Source: an uncultured Desulfosarcina sp.
GTDB taxonomy: Bacteria > Desulfobacterota > Desulfobacteria > Desulfobacterales > Desulfosarcinaceae
DNA length: 64,000 bases
NCBI GenBank assembly: GCA_963674945.2
Contig: CAXXWQ010000003.1
Span: 864,001-928,000 of the forward strand
Direction of reading: 5' to 3'
Below the pieces are notes generated by a model. It saw only the letters and a program-made list of their open reading frames with translations. It did no database searches and was not told the DNA's origin. The translations under genes and the position numbers were made by a program. This document shows positions 1 through 9,562 of the stretch, piece after piece (position 1 is the first letter of the stretch; every line of letters begins with the position of its first letter).

Positions 1-776
1 CCGGCGGCATCCAGCTTATCCTTGTTCTCGTTTCCCAGCTTAACCAACGTATTGCTATACTCAGTCAACTGTTGATCGGACATCTTTTTGTAATCTTTCA
101 TGAAACCGTCGAGATTGGAACTTTTGGAGTCTTTCTTTTCAACCGCATTTTTCAAACCAGCAAGAGCAGGAGCAGCATTCTTATCCTTTCCGTCTTTTTT
201 GTTCTCCGATCCCTTGATATCGGAAGGATCAACAGTATAGCTCCCGGAGCCAACTTTCACATTTACCTTGCCGGGAGCCACATATTCGACCACCCCTTCG
301 ATCGACTTATCTGACGCCAACGCATCATACTTTCGAGGGTTGGTTATTGTGACTCTATCCCCTGGTTTGAAGGAACCCTCCTTCGAATCCGCCACCTTTG
401 CGGTGCCCGCATCCTTCGAATCGTGGTGTTCCAAATGATCGGCATGGAAGTCGACAGCATGTTTCTCTCCCTCAATCTTCCCCCGAACGACATCGTATTT
501 ATCCGAATACCCGGACACCTCCATGGTCTTGCCATGGTGCTTGCTCTTCGGATTGTTGACCTTTACCTTATGGCCTTTATGAAAAGACACGGCGACCTCA
601 TCCTTATGTCGCGCATCATCGTAATCTTTGATAAATTCCCGGCGACCAGTCTTGGGATTCACTCGAAAATGGGCTTTAATATGAGCCTTTATGAGATCCC
701 CACCAAGCAACCGACCAAGATCTTTGCAGTCACCAGTATCTATGCTTTTCGCCAACGCTTCATCGTATGCGCCCAT
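1..776 (-). CDS. Putative capsid-packaged protein, N-terminal part (runs off window start; absent from the ORF track)
   Basis: Hand translation MGAYDEALAKSIDTG...LIKAHIKAHFRVNPKTGRREFIKDYD...FHKGHKVKVNNPKSKHHGKTMEVSGYSDKYDVVR, open to base 1, AGGAG RBS upstream; paralogous to the N-terminus of the ORF starting at 18738. Confidence 0.85.
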   Translation of the reverse strand, partial: MGAYDEALAKSIDTGDCKDLGRLLGGDLIKAHIKAHFRVNPKTGRREFIKDYDDARHKDEVAVSFHKGHKVKVNNPKSKHHGKTMEVSGYSDKYDVVRGKIEGEKHAVDFHADHLEHHDSKDAGTAKVADSKEGSFKPGDRVTITNPRKYDALASDKSIEGVVEYVAPGKVNVKVGSGSYTVDPSDIKGSENKKDGKDKNAAPALAGLKNAVEKKDSKSSNLDGFMKDYKKMSDQQLTEYSNTLVKLGNENKDKLDAA

Positions 777-801
777 GATTGTTTTCTCCTATTGATTGAT
801 C

Positions 802-1455
802 CTACATTAAATACTCCAACTTGCAGACTGCCTGAATAGGAAGACGATAATGTTCAGGCGCTGGTTTCCGAAATTTAATATGCGTATCCCTAACGATGTG
901 AATATGTGATAGAACTCCCCATGATGGATGCATCCGATAAGCAACCGAAAAATATGCACCGGCCACCGGGCTCGTCCCCCCGGTCACCCACTGAATCTTG
1001 CCATTGGAAATCACATAATCCGTAACAGGTGCGTAAACCACACCACCCGGGCCGACCACACGCAAGATGTCAAGCATCGCAAAACGTGCAGTATCTTGCG
1101 TACCGCTACCCCGCGTAAGCAATTCTGAATAGGCGATCACCGATTTATTATTGACAATCCGATCATGGTAACCCAGTTCCACCTCAGCCTTGACCGTCAA
1201 ATTCATTGTTCCGATCAACATCCCGCCGGTGTCCATGAATTGTTTTTCCGTCGTAATACTGGTCATGATGCCCTGGATCTCTTCAGCCCCATAGTACTGC
1301 CATCCCCTATCGCAATAGAGGCAGTTCGGATCAGGATGACCAGTTTGCGAATCCAGACAAGGACACTGTATGGCGTGATAATGGGTAAAAAAATACCCAT
1401 GCTTTTCGATCATCTCATCGAAAGAGCCAACTCTGAAATCAACCCGGCCGGCCAT
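802..1455 (-). CDS. Putative neck/head-closure protein
   Basis: 217 aa with CPC...CxxC; position downstream of capsid and adaptor as in Twort-like phages. Confidence 0.6.
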   Translation of the reverse strand: MAGRVDFRVGSFDEMIEKHGYFFTHYHAIQCPCLDSQTGHPDPNCLYCDRGWQYYGAEEIQGIMTSITTEKQFMDTGGMLIGTMNLTVKAEVELGYHDRIVNNKSVIAYSELLTRGSGTQDTARFAMLDILRVVGPGGVVYAPVTDYVISNGKIQWVTGGTSPVAGAYFSVAYRMHPSWGVLSHIHIVRDTHIKFRKPAPEHYRLPIQAVCKLEYLM

Positions 1456-2192
1456 TATGCCACCGCCAATCGAATACCCTTGTACCGATCTCGAAGATTC
1501 GGCAATTGGGTTTTGATCTGTCGCTCGTATTGACGGATACGGGCACTGTATGCCGAGTTCTCGGCAGACTGGGTTGTTCCAATGCTTTCACTCAACCCGT
1601 CAATGGAAATGCTCTGGGACGCGATACCGGCACCAAGCAGAATATCACCCATAATGTTCATGACACCGATACACGCCTTCATGGCGATGATGTCAACGAT
1701 ATCGCCGGGCACAGCTTCATCTGCAAATCCGGCTGTGTAGTCGACTTTGAACAAATGCGGCATCTGTGTCAGCCGACTGGTGATCAGTGGCAGCAAGACA
1801 CCATTCCCCTGTCCCAACAGCACTTGCGACAGGCTCCCGGTGGTCGGCACCAATTGAAGCTGTCCTGAATTTTTATAGACGTGGATCCAGTCCGCGGGAA
1901 AAGTCATGACCGGCTGGCCCGCATACTCGGCGATCAGACTTTCAACACTGACCACCGGGTAATTGTAAAGCTGGATGTAACAAAATTCTTGATATTCATC
2001 GAGATGATAGTCATGCGTTTCGCTAATGGATGTCGGAGCAATCTTGATATGAAGCTCGTTCTCCAACCAGCTTACGCTTTTGGCAATCCATTTATCGATA
2101 TTTCTCGTCGGATATTCATTTCCATCATCATCGACGAGAGGAATGCCAAAAAGATAGTCTTGTTTTATATCTGCGGCTGTTGGAAGTTTCAT
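1455..2192 (-). CDS. Putative head-tail adaptor/neck protein
   Basis: 245 aa; YLFGI start, VDYTAGF, SISIDGLSESIGTTQSAENSAYSARI C-terminus resembling Twort-like neck proteins. Confidence 0.7.
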   Translation of the reverse strand: MKLPTAADIKQDYLFGIPLVDDDGNEYPTRNIDKWIAKSVSWLENELHIKIAPTSISETHDYHLDEYQEFCYIQLYNYPVVSVESLIAEYAGQPVMTFPADWIHVYKNSGQLQLVPTTGSLSQVLLGQGNGVLLPLITSRLTQMPHLFKVDYTAGFADEAVPGDIVDIIAMKACIGVMNIMGDILLGAGIASQSISIDGLSESIGTTQSAENSAYSARIRQYERQIKTQLPNLRDRYKGIRLAVA

Positions 2193-2211
2193 TCAAAATT
2201 GCTCCTTTCCA

Positions 2212-2694
2212 TTAACCGATGATTTTCTTGAACAGTGTCATTAGAAGAGTAAATAACCCACCCCCGATCAAACCATAGAACATGAGAGTGGCAGCCTGTT
2301 TTGCCTGAGTAACGCTTTGCCCTTGAACCTTTTCCGAGACAATCTTCAAATCAACTGCGGCGGCTTTATCAGAAAGACCAGACCTTAATTCGTCATAATT
2401 ACTTTTTAAATCCTTCGATTCAGCCTTTTTAACCAATGCGGCGCGGCAAACTTCCACATCGTTTTTTACAGTAATCAAATCATCTTTTGAACTTTTGGCA
2501 TTCGACACTTTTTCACATCGATCACGACAAGCTTGTTGTTGCGATCGAATTGTTTCGATCACTTTCCATTGTTCAAGGTCTTCTTCGTGAAGATGCGTTA
2601 ACTTCTCCCGGATATAATCCAGGGCCGCAGAAACGGTGCCACGCCATTCAACAAAACGAGTCAGTTCATTGAAATTGGAATTTTTTTCGCTCAT
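2212..2694 (-). CDS. Coiled-coil protein with C-terminal transmembrane helix
   Basis: 160 aa; hydrophobic C-terminal LMFYGLIGGGLFTLLMTLF. Confidence 0.6.
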   Translation of the reverse strand: MSEKNSNFNELTRFVEWRGTVSAALDYIREKLTHLHEEDLEQWKVIETIRSQQQACRDRCEKVSNAKSSKDDLITVKNDVEVCRAALVKKAESKDLKSNYDELRSGLSDKAAAVDLKIVSEKVQGQSVTQAKQAATLMFYGLIGGGLFTLLMTLFKKIIG

Positions 2695-2697
2695 TTC

Positions 2698-3120
2698 CTA
2701 TTGCATTGCCGGATCTGCTGGAACTGTCACCAAAACAGCCGCGCACTCATCGGTAATTGGAAAAATCGTATGTGACATCATCGGATTGATCGTCATACGG
2801 CGGCCTTTTGTAAGAATCGTTTTTCCATCTTGAGTTTCAATTTCGATGACCCCTTTACTACAGACAATCCATTTCTTTTGAGTATGGGTGACCGCAGGAA
2901 AGGGGTTATTGTCATGACGAGACCGCACAATGAAACCAACTGAGAAACCATCCAAGCCATGTGCCCAGATGTGAAAATCCCAGTCACCAGCCTCATGGAT
3001 ACTTTTGCCCTTGGTGACAACCAATCCAAGGGCAAAAAGAGTATCCAAATAACGAAGTTCGGGTTCAATTTCATTGATACGTTCGATCGCTTTATCCAAC
3101 GGATTTTTGTCCTTATTCAT
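2698..3120 (-). CDS. Cupin-domain protein
   Basis: Likely start MNKDKN at 3120; HTQKKWIVCSKGVIEI...INPMMSHTI cupin-like pattern. Confidence 0.55.
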   Translation of the reverse strand: MNKDKNPLDKAIERINEIEPELRYLDTLFALGLVVTKGKSIHEAGDWDFHIWAHGLDGFSVGFIVRSRHDNNPFPAVTHTQKKWIVCSKGVIEIETQDGKTILTKGRRMTINPMMSHTIFPITDECAAVLVTVPADPAMQ

Positions 3121-3487
3121 CGTTCGACGCCTTTTTTGGACGACCTTTCCGCCTGGTGATTGCTTTACCATTCTCAGTAATTGGATTACGGGTTCCCTCG
3201 ACTTTCTCCGGAGTAATTTCCTCAGCTCCTTCAGGACCGATTCCCTCGACTTTCTCCGGAGTAGGGATAACCACCTCCAGCTCCGTTTGTTCAGGGGTGG
3301 GAATGGTTGCCTCCGGCTCTTTCTTTTCCTCAAAAAAATCAAGAACGGTAAAACCATTCAATTTGCGAACATTTTGTGCAACCTCAGTCGGAACTGTGGC
3401 TACCCCATTTTCATCGTAATCGACGATATAAGAGCCAATTACGGCACCCTTGATTCCCTTGAAGGCCTCATTTTGGATTCTTGCCAT
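3113..3487 (-). CDS. Hypothetical phage protein with TPEKVEG repeat
   Basis: 124 aa, RBS; 23-bp direct repeat at 3193-3215 and 3241-3263. Confidence 0.65.
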   Translation of the reverse strand: MARIQNEAFKGIKGAVIGSYIVDYDENGVATVPTEVAQNVRKLNGFTVLDFFEEKKEPEATIPTPEQTELEVVIPTPEKVEGIGPEGAEEITPEKVEGTRNPITENGKAITRRKGRPKKASNDE

Positions 3488-3536
3488 AACATTCCCCTTT
3501 TCAACTATTTTATTGAATCATTGCTTGCCCACCGGA

Positions 3537-4118
3537 TCAGGCAATGGCGGCCGCCTGTTTCTCAAACAAGGTATCCGCTTCATAGAAAACGATATTGTCG
3601 TCTGCCACCAGAGAAGTTGTTCCGGGGCTCACAACCGTGGCGGCTTTTCCAACGACAGCCCAACCAAGAATGGCATGATCGGCGTTCGGAGCAACGGCTT
3701 GAATCGCAGCAAGTGCATCGGCGGCAGTATCATACCCGGCGGCGGCATTGGTTACTTCTATGAGATCCACGGTGCCGTTGATTCCCACCTCGAAACGCCA
3801 ACCATTGTATTTGCCGGATACCGTTGCCGCCAAAGCATCCGGGGCGACACCGGCGGCATTTGCAGCTAACCTGTACCCGACACCATTGATAAGATAATGA
3901 ACAAGATTGTGAGCGATATCGGTATTCGTTGTCCCTGGAGCAAGACCGACCACATGCAGGATTTCATCTCCCCCTGCCAAGGCCAATGCTGTTTGAAATT
4001 GATTGTTACTGGCAATCAAAGCGTCGATCAGATCGGAAACGCCCGCCTCTTTAAGTACGGGATCGTATTCTTTCAACAGTCTTTTTTGTATTGCGGTTAA
4101 TGCAGATAAAGTAGCCAT
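3537..4118 (-). CDS. Putative head decoration/structural protein
   Basis: 193 aa, Ala-rich, AGGAGG RBS, directly after the major capsid gene. Confidence 0.55.
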   Translation of the reverse strand: MATLSALTAIQKRLLKEYDPVLKEAGVSDLIDALIASNNQFQTALALAGGDEILHVVGLAPGTTNTDIAHNLVHYLINGVGYRLAANAAGVAPDALAATVSGKYNGWRFEVGINGTVDLIEVTNAAAGYDTAADALAAIQAVAPNADHAILGWAVVGKAATVVSPGTTSLVADDNIVFYEADTLFEKQAAAIA

Positions 4119-4140
4119 GATTTTCCTCCTACTTTTAGAA

Positions 4141-4177
4141 GAGAAAAGCCCAGGAGCCTACGCGACCCCCGGGCTTT
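4141..4177 (-). terminator. Probable intrinsic terminator after the major capsid gene
   Basis: AAAGCCC...GGGCTTT stem followed by a U-rich run on the minus strand. Confidence 0.55.
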
Positions 4178-4210
4178 CGGGTTAAAACCGGTTATTCACT
4201 CCGGGGCATA

Positions 4211-5650
4211 TTAAATGAGATCGACTTTCTCACTGCCTCCGACATTGATGAACTGTACCCATTTCTTGGGCGCATAGATGATGAAGGTCAAATAACAGAG
4301 AATCATCCATCGATATGCGGGAGCCAAGACAGCCAGATCCATTTTCATCAATGGAGCAAGCTGTTTGACAGCAAGAACCTGAGAACTCAACTCGCCAACG
4401 AAAGCCTTGGTGGTGCCGGCCATATTCTTGCCGGTATCATCCCAGGTCGTGGTGCCACTGCCAGCCTGACTGGTTGCTCGAACACGGGCGACCAACATTT
4501 TGACCGAACCACCGACTTTGGTCTTGTAGATATTGAAATACTCGGGTTCAATGGTAACCGAACCCGCATTTGTGATGGTGAACGGAATGTGTTTTGCCAC
4601 ATCATCGGAACCAACGGTAACCGGGGAACCGATGGCCACGGCGGCCGATTCACCGTACCGGTTAACGGCGGAAACGGCGTAATTGTAAACACCGGCACCG
4701 CCATGGGTTGTCCAGACACCATCGGTACCCGTCATCGATCCGGCCGCAATGGAGGCCGGGGGCGTCGGTGCTTTACCACTGGTTGCCGAAGCCGGCGCGA
4801 TTTTCCCAGCGTTCAAGAACACATCGGGATTCAGATTCACCTTACCGAAAGGCGTATTCACGTCGGGAATATTGGCGCCGACGGTATAACCACCCTGTCC
4901 GGTCGGCAGGGGCACACGCTCTTTGGGCAACATGGTGTCACAGAAGGCCTGATGGGCCGCAAAACTCAAGAATACATCCGTGGGATTCCCGTAGTTACTG
5001 GCGACCATCTGGGCGGCCAAGGAGAACGCACCTTCGGACAAAGCGGCGCCCTTGAGGTCGATGACATTGCCGGAATCGATCTGTTTCTCGATGCCATTGA
5101 ATTCCACACCCTCACGATGGGTGGAATCGGTGGCCGCTCCCAGATAACACATGTCGGCGTCGCCGTTGAGCAGACCCCACTCCAGATTTTTGAGAATCCA
5201 GAGAATACCGTTGGTGTTTTCCTGGGCCGTCACATCCCCGATATTGGTTTTTACCAAAGTCATGGGATGGGAAATGCTCCTGGTCGTACCCAGAAATTTC
5301 ACCAGGGAGGTCTGTCGGTTATAGGTGGAATCCACGGTTTCGGGCAGGGTTCCTTCGGGAAGAAAGGCTCCGCTCTCATCACCGACCGCCGACAACTGGT
5401 TAAACTCTTCGACGGTGGAGTACGCAGGCAGCTTGGGCACTCTTTGCCAGAAGGCACAGTGTTTGGCCTGATGGGTCAGAACCTTCAAAGAGGCTTCCAG
5501 GGACTCGACACGCAATGCCCCACCACCGGAAACGGGCGGATTGTCATAGCCGGCGGTCAGAGCTTTGTTGAGATCCTCGACTTCCCGCATGCTGGTGAAT
5601 CCCATGGTATGGATATCTTCATACTGGGCAAGGGTGATAATATCGTTCAT
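4211..5650 (-). CDS. Major capsid protein (Twort/SPO1-like)
   Basis: 479 aa; LNKALTAGY...GGALRVESLE, STVEEF, QLAPLMKMDLA...APKKWV motifs; follows protease and scaffold. Confidence 0.9.
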   Translation of the reverse strand: MNDIITLAQYEDIHTMGFTSMREVEDLNKALTAGYDNPPVSGGGALRVESLEASLKVLTHQAKHCAFWQRVPKLPAYSTVEEFNQLSAVGDESGAFLPEGTLPETVDSTYNRQTSLVKFLGTTRSISHPMTLVKTNIGDVTAQENTNGILWILKNLEWGLLNGDADMCYLGAATDSTHREGVEFNGIEKQIDSGNVIDLKGAALSEGAFSLAAQMVASNYGNPTDVFLSFAAHQAFCDTMLPKERVPLPTGQGGYTVGANIPDVNTPFGKVNLNPDVFLNAGKIAPASATSGKAPTPPASIAAGSMTGTDGVWTTHGGAGVYNYAVSAVNRYGESAAVAIGSPVTVGSDDVAKHIPFTITNAGSVTIEPEYFNIYKTKVGGSVKMLVARVRATSQAGSGTTTWDDTGKNMAGTTKAFVGELSSQVLAVKQLAPLMKMDLAVLAPAYRWMILCYLTFIIYAPKKWVQFINVGGSEKVDLI

Positions 5651-5674
5651 TTTAAGATCCTCCTAATAATTGGT

Positions 5675-5686
5675 GTAATTAATTAC
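5675..5686. promoter_or_regulatory. Palindrome GTAATTAATTAC upstream of the major capsid gene
   Basis: Perfect 12-bp palindrome recurring across the window. Confidence 0.75.
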
Positions 5687-5707
5687 TTTGTTTTAAAGCG
5701 AAATTTT

Positions 5708-6505
5708 TTACTCGCTGGTGAGTTTTTTGATCAAATGCGGCGAAAGTGAACCACCGGACTCGAATCTGACGATATCCATGGATGTCACAGCCGGATCACC
5801 CCTCTCAAACATCGATGTCAGGGACTTGAGGATTTGATCTTTGCTCATCTCTTTTTTTTCACCCTCACCACCCTCGAAAGACTTCTGTAAAACTGTGGTT
5901 TTAGACTTCGGAGTCCGAAGAGGTTGCTTGGCCAATTCATTGTTCAAGGCTTCCACGGACTTGCGAAGGTCTTCGGTCTGACGATCCGTTCGATCCGCTA
6001 CGGACTGAAAAGACTTCTTCAATGTATCGACGATGGAAAGGGCAATATTCTGATTAGCCTCGGTGGCCTTGAACAGACTCTTCTCGATGGCGTCAAGCCT
6101 CTCAGTTTGCGCCTGACGGATTCCATCGATGGCCTCGCCGACTTTATCGACAAGGGCGGCCAAGAAATCACTCACTTCGACGGCTTTTTGGATATCCTCA
6201 TTGTCGTTAATGAGATCTTCCGTGAAAGGACTGTCTTCGGAACCGGCTTCGGCGCTTTGACTTTTCTCGACACCTTCATCGTCGTTTCCATCTTCATCTT
6301 CATCTTCATCGCCATCGCCGCTTTTTTCCAGGTCGCCGCCGCAGCCCTTGTCCAAATCCTCGATGCCACCATCGGTTTGACTCTTTTCCAAATCCTCGTT
6401 CTCTCCATCACCCGATGGAATCAGTCCTTTGGCGAGTTTTTCAAGCTCATCCAAAGCCGCGAAGAAAGAATTTTCGGGGATGGCTTTTTCTTTTTGTTCA
6501 AGCAT
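5708..6505 (-). CDS. Capsid scaffolding protein
   Basis: Acidic and helical, many LEKS/IEKS/LRKS/LQKS motifs; between protease and capsid; start MLEQKEK after AAGGAGG. Confidence 0.75.
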   Translation of the reverse strand: MLEQKEKAIPENSFFAALDELEKLAKGLIPSGDGENEDLEKSQTDGGIEDLDKGCGGDLEKSGDGDEDEDEDGNDDEGVEKSQSAEAGSEDSPFTEDLINDNEDIQKAVEVSDFLAALVDKVGEAIDGIRQAQTERLDAIEKSLFKATEANQNIALSIVDTLKKSFQSVADRTDRQTEDLRKSVEALNNELAKQPLRTPKSKTTVLQKSFEGGEGEKKEMSKDQILKSLTSMFERGDPAVTSMDIVRFESGGSLSPHLIKKLTSE

Positions 6506-6521
6506 GATTACCTCCTTGTAA

Positions 6522-7415
6522 TTATGATTTGACACTTGCCAAAAATTTCTGCATGACAGAATTGAAAACCATTTGTACCAACCGTCTGGCTTTTTCCTCG
6601 GAATAGCCTCTTTCTTTCATCAGACGTTCAATGGCTTCTTTTTCAGTGATTTCGCCGCCGGCTCCAGGCATATCCAAATTGGTAAGCCCTTCTTCGATAG
6701 ATTCTTTACGAAGCGCAGACCCTCCGCTTTGCGGTGGATTCTGATTTCCGGCTTCCATCATTTTGGCCAGATCTCCAGACATTTTTTCCGGACCACGAGA
6801 AAAAATCTTTCTGAAAGCCGATAATATGACGTTCTCCATCCGCTCCCAGTACCCCAAAGGTTCGGGCTCCTTGGGTGTCTCTTCCTCATCTTCAACGTAA
6901 CCGTTGACTTCAATGTCGTTGGAAATACTTTTGATCACATCAAGGAAAGTATCGGGGTGCATCGGCTCGGCGGTGATGGCGATATCTTTGATCCAGCTTC
7001 TCTTGACGATCTTGCCGTCTCTTTTGAGTGTTTTTCCTTCGACACTGAGACCAAGCCGACGATCACTGCCAGATTTTTGCAGAGCATCGGCAAGTTCAAC
7101 GATACCTTGGGCGCGAGGCGTGTCGAACAGATATCCTCTAACCCTCAAACCTTCAGGGGTAACCGCAGCTTCTGTAGGCACACCAACTTTCCCGTCGGTC
7201 GTCTTGGAATGGTTGTCGTTGAAATAACCCCGGGAGAGAAGATACGAAAGATCCATCCCAGCCAAAATCACCGTCTCACCAACAAGGTCAGGGGACTCGA
7301 CGGAAGCGACACCATCGATCCAGGTTTTTCCGTCCTTTCCCTTTTTCAGATCGAGCGGAACATGAAACCGGAACGATCCGTCATCGTGAATGCCTAATGG
7401 TATTTGTGATTCCAT
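6522..7415 (-). CDS. Prohead maturation protease
   Basis: GVAS..PDLVGE, FNDNH, GLSVEG, AITAEP motifs of HK97/Twort-type prohead proteases. Confidence 0.85.
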   Translation of the reverse strand: MESQIPLGIHDDGSFRFHVPLDLKKGKDGKTWIDGVASVESPDLVGETVILAGMDLSYLLSRGYFNDNHSKTTDGKVGVPTEAAVTPEGLRVRGYLFDTPRAQGIVELADALQKSGSDRRLGLSVEGKTLKRDGKIVKRSWIKDIAITAEPMHPDTFLDVIKSISNDIEVNGYVEDEEETPKEPEPLGYWERMENVILSAFRKIFSRGPEKMSGDLAKMMEAGNQNPPQSGGSALRKESIEEGLTNLDMPGAGGEITEKEAIERLMKERGYSEEKARRLVQMVFNSVMQKFLASVKS

Positions 7416-7430
7416 GGTTTTGGCCTTTCC

Positions 7431-7481
7431 AAATAAAAAAGGGAGTAAAAGAGATGCACGAATGCACCCGATTACTCCCTT
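7431..7481 (-). terminator. Terminator-like hairpin in the leader of the protease-scaffold-capsid genes
   Basis: AAGGGAGTAA (7439-7448) pairs with TTACTCCCTT (7472-7481); U-tract follows on the minus strand. Confidence 0.6.
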
Positions 7482-7597
7482 AAAAACGAAGCTTAACGCC
7501 GCCCGTCTGGCAGCACCAAATTTTATCCGAACCTATTATTCGCTGTTACATTTCGAAAAACCTCTTTTAAAATACAAAAGAAGAAACGCTTTTCAAT

Positions 7598-7609
7598 GTA
7601 ATTAATTAC
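7598..7609. promoter_or_regulatory. Palindrome GTAATTAATTAC
   Basis: Perfect copy upstream of the protease leader. Confidence 0.75.
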
Positions 7610-7620
7610 TTTAATTATAG

Positions 7621-7863
7621 TCAGGTTGTTTTCCGCCTGTCAACACCAAAAACGACATGAATCTGTTTTTTTCTTCCACCGGTTTTCCCAGAGGATTGCA
7701 AATGAATCGGCAAAGGTACGTCATCCCCGCATTTACAGCATTTCCCAATGCACTGGTCGCCCTCCCAGACCAAGATCTTAGCTCGCAGCTTTGTCTTGCC
7801 ATCCGGATACTTCTGGATCATCTCGGTACCGCATTGGGGACAACGTAATATACCGACTGTCAT
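7621..7863 (-). CDS. Small zinc-ribbon protein (possibly Com-like regulator)
   Basis: Start MTVGILRCPQCG; second pair CCKCG. Confidence 0.55.
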   Translation of the reverse strand: MTVGILRCPQCGTEMIQKYPDGKTKLRAKILVWEGDQCIGKCCKCGDDVPLPIHLQSSGKTGGRKKQIHVVFGVDRRKTT

Positions 7864-8240
7864 TTTACCCCCGTGGCCAAAAGATGCAAAATCAGCTCGA
7901 CAGATGAATCCCAATCGGTGAACCGTATTCCTCGGTCATCCAGATACACATCGGCAACAACCTTTCTCGAATTATCATCCGGAGATTGAATATCCGGATG
8001 GACATCTGCATTGATCGCATCGAATCCAATCCCGTATTTCTCCAGATATGCGCTCAAGACCGGTTCATTATTTCTGCATGTCCAGATGATCACCTTGATC
8101 CCGTGAGACCGGAGGATGTCGATCGCCTCCCTGGCCCCCGGCTTCGGCGGTAGAAAATGATCTTCCCCTTTCCATCCGTCGTATTCTGCAATTACCCCAT
8201 CAAAATCGATAGCCACGATAAACGGCACGCTGTTTTCCAT
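7860..8240 (-). CDS. HAD-superfamily phosphatase
   Basis: AIDFDGVI, IIWTCR, KVVADVYLDDR motifs. Confidence 0.85.
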   Translation of the reverse strand: MENSVPFIVAIDFDGVIAEYDGWKGEDHFLPPKPGAREAIDILRSHGIKVIIWTCRNNEPVLSAYLEKYGIGFDAINADVHPDIQSPDDNSRKVVADVYLDDRGIRFTDWDSSVELILHLLATGVK

Positions 8241-8242
8241 AA

Positions 8243-9082
8243 TTATTTACCCTTGGGCTTTTTGAAAACGATTCGACCATCGTTATCGAACTCATGAAGT
8301 TTTGGATTGAAATATGCCACTTCACAGAAACAGTGAGGATGAAGGGGTGGAAGCCCCGGTGCCCGCCGGATCTCCGCAGCCGTCCGGTCGACGTTGTTCC
8401 TGGCGGCTAAATCGGCAAGTTTGAATACTCGTGGTTTTCCCCTCAACAGAAAAGCCGATCGACAGAGATCACAACAATCCGGGTGCGGGCGGACAATCAC
8501 GCAGGACTCAGCCCCGAACTGTTTTGTAATGCCATGGGCGATGCCATTTGTCCGGGCGCCATGCAATTCAGTATTGACGATCCGGTGCCAATCCCTTTGG
8601 ACATCTTCGGTCGCCCGCCGTAGCAAAGCGATCATCTCTCCCCGGGCTTTCCTCTCCCGGGCCGCATTCGACATTGTTTCCTGAATAATCCCCCGCATGG
8701 CCGTTTCCTTGGCCGCATCCTGAACGATCCTCAACGTAGTCGATTCGATCCGGTTCCCCAGGCCCTGGCAATAAAGGGCAGCCGAATCATTCAACCATTT
8801 GATTGAAGCCTTTTCGATATCGCTCAATGGCAGCCGGCGAATGGTATCCTTGATCATGTCAAAAGACGCCCCGGCCAGCCTCGGGTCCAGTGAACTGAGC
8901 ACACCGAATAAATAGGCATCAGCGACGGCGCTATCCGGTACGGATGGATCGATAATACCTGCCGCCTGGAGTTTGCGAATATCGATTCCAGATGGAGGGC
9001 TGCCGGTAAATTGATAGATGGCGATCCCCACATGCTCCCGGATGATTCGGGCGATTTCTTCGATCTGTTCTTTATTCAGCAT
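8243..9082 (-). CDS. MuF-like minor head protein
   Basis: RIVNTE, HPDCCDLC and PPLHPHCFC motifs. Confidence 0.75.
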   Translation of the reverse strand: MLNKEQIEEIARIIREHVGIAIYQFTGSPPSGIDIRKLQAAGIIDPSVPDSAVADAYLFGVLSSLDPRLAGASFDMIKDTIRRLPLSDIEKASIKWLNDSAALYCQGLGNRIESTTLRIVQDAAKETAMRGIIQETMSNAARERKARGEMIALLRRATEDVQRDWHRIVNTELHGARTNGIAHGITKQFGAESCVIVRPHPDCCDLCRSAFLLRGKPRVFKLADLAARNNVDRTAAEIRRAPGLPPLHPHCFCEVAYFNPKLHEFDNDGRIVFKKPKGK

Positions 9083-9299
9083 GATTCATCTTTCCGTGGG
9101 CCAAACCTTTTTCGTACCAATGATATTGGATGCCATCGATATCCCCGCCACAGATCTTGCAACGGTATTTTTTCCGAAATCCGCCGATGGCTTCAATCAA
9201 TTCAAACTCATGAGGACCAGGACATCCATTCAACCGTCGAAGGTTTTTCTTCACTTCAGTCAGGATGCTCCGCATATCCGCTTTCGTCAGTTGTCCCAT
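9072..9299 (-). CDS. Small zinc-finger phage protein
   Basis: CPGPH...CKICGG; near-copy of the palindrome upstream (9312-9323). Confidence 0.6.
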   Translation of the reverse strand: MGQLTKADMRSILTEVKKNLRRLNGCPGPHEFELIEAIGGFRKKYRCKICGGDIDGIQYHWYEKGLAHGKMNHAE

Positions 9300-9345
9300 G
9301 GCAAAATAAACCTAATTAATTACAATGATTTTGGGGTATAAAAAA

Positions 9346-9561
9346 TCACTTGCGAATTACATCTTCGATTCGCCCCATCATTTTCTTGAGCTGGATATTG
9401 AACCCGACAGTAACACGGGAAACAAACGCCTCCATGGCCGGTTGCCTGAATTTACGCCCAGGGCGCTGGATCTTTGTTCGGACACTGCCCAAAGCCTTTT
9501 CGAGCGTTTCTTCCAATTCATAATCGGCAAGGTTATATTCGATCATCACTGGCTTTTGCAT
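9346..9561 (-). CDS. Small hypothetical protein with LEKA motif
   Basis: Likely start MQKPV just after the stop of the upstream gene. Confidence 0.45.
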   Translation of the reverse strand: MQKPVMIEYNLADYELEETLEKALGSVRTKIQRPGRKFRQPAMEAFVSRVTVGFNIQLKKMMGRIEDVIRK

Positions 9562-9562
9562 A

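Noticed and set aside
5675..5686. Palindrome as a known LexA/SOS box
   Set aside because: It matches no LexA consensus I can name with confidence
4589..5749. Long antisense ORFs (for example 4589-5749, 62990-63889, 48664-49464, 3074-3763)
   Set aside because: Shadows of well-supported genes on the other strand, with no recognisable motifs
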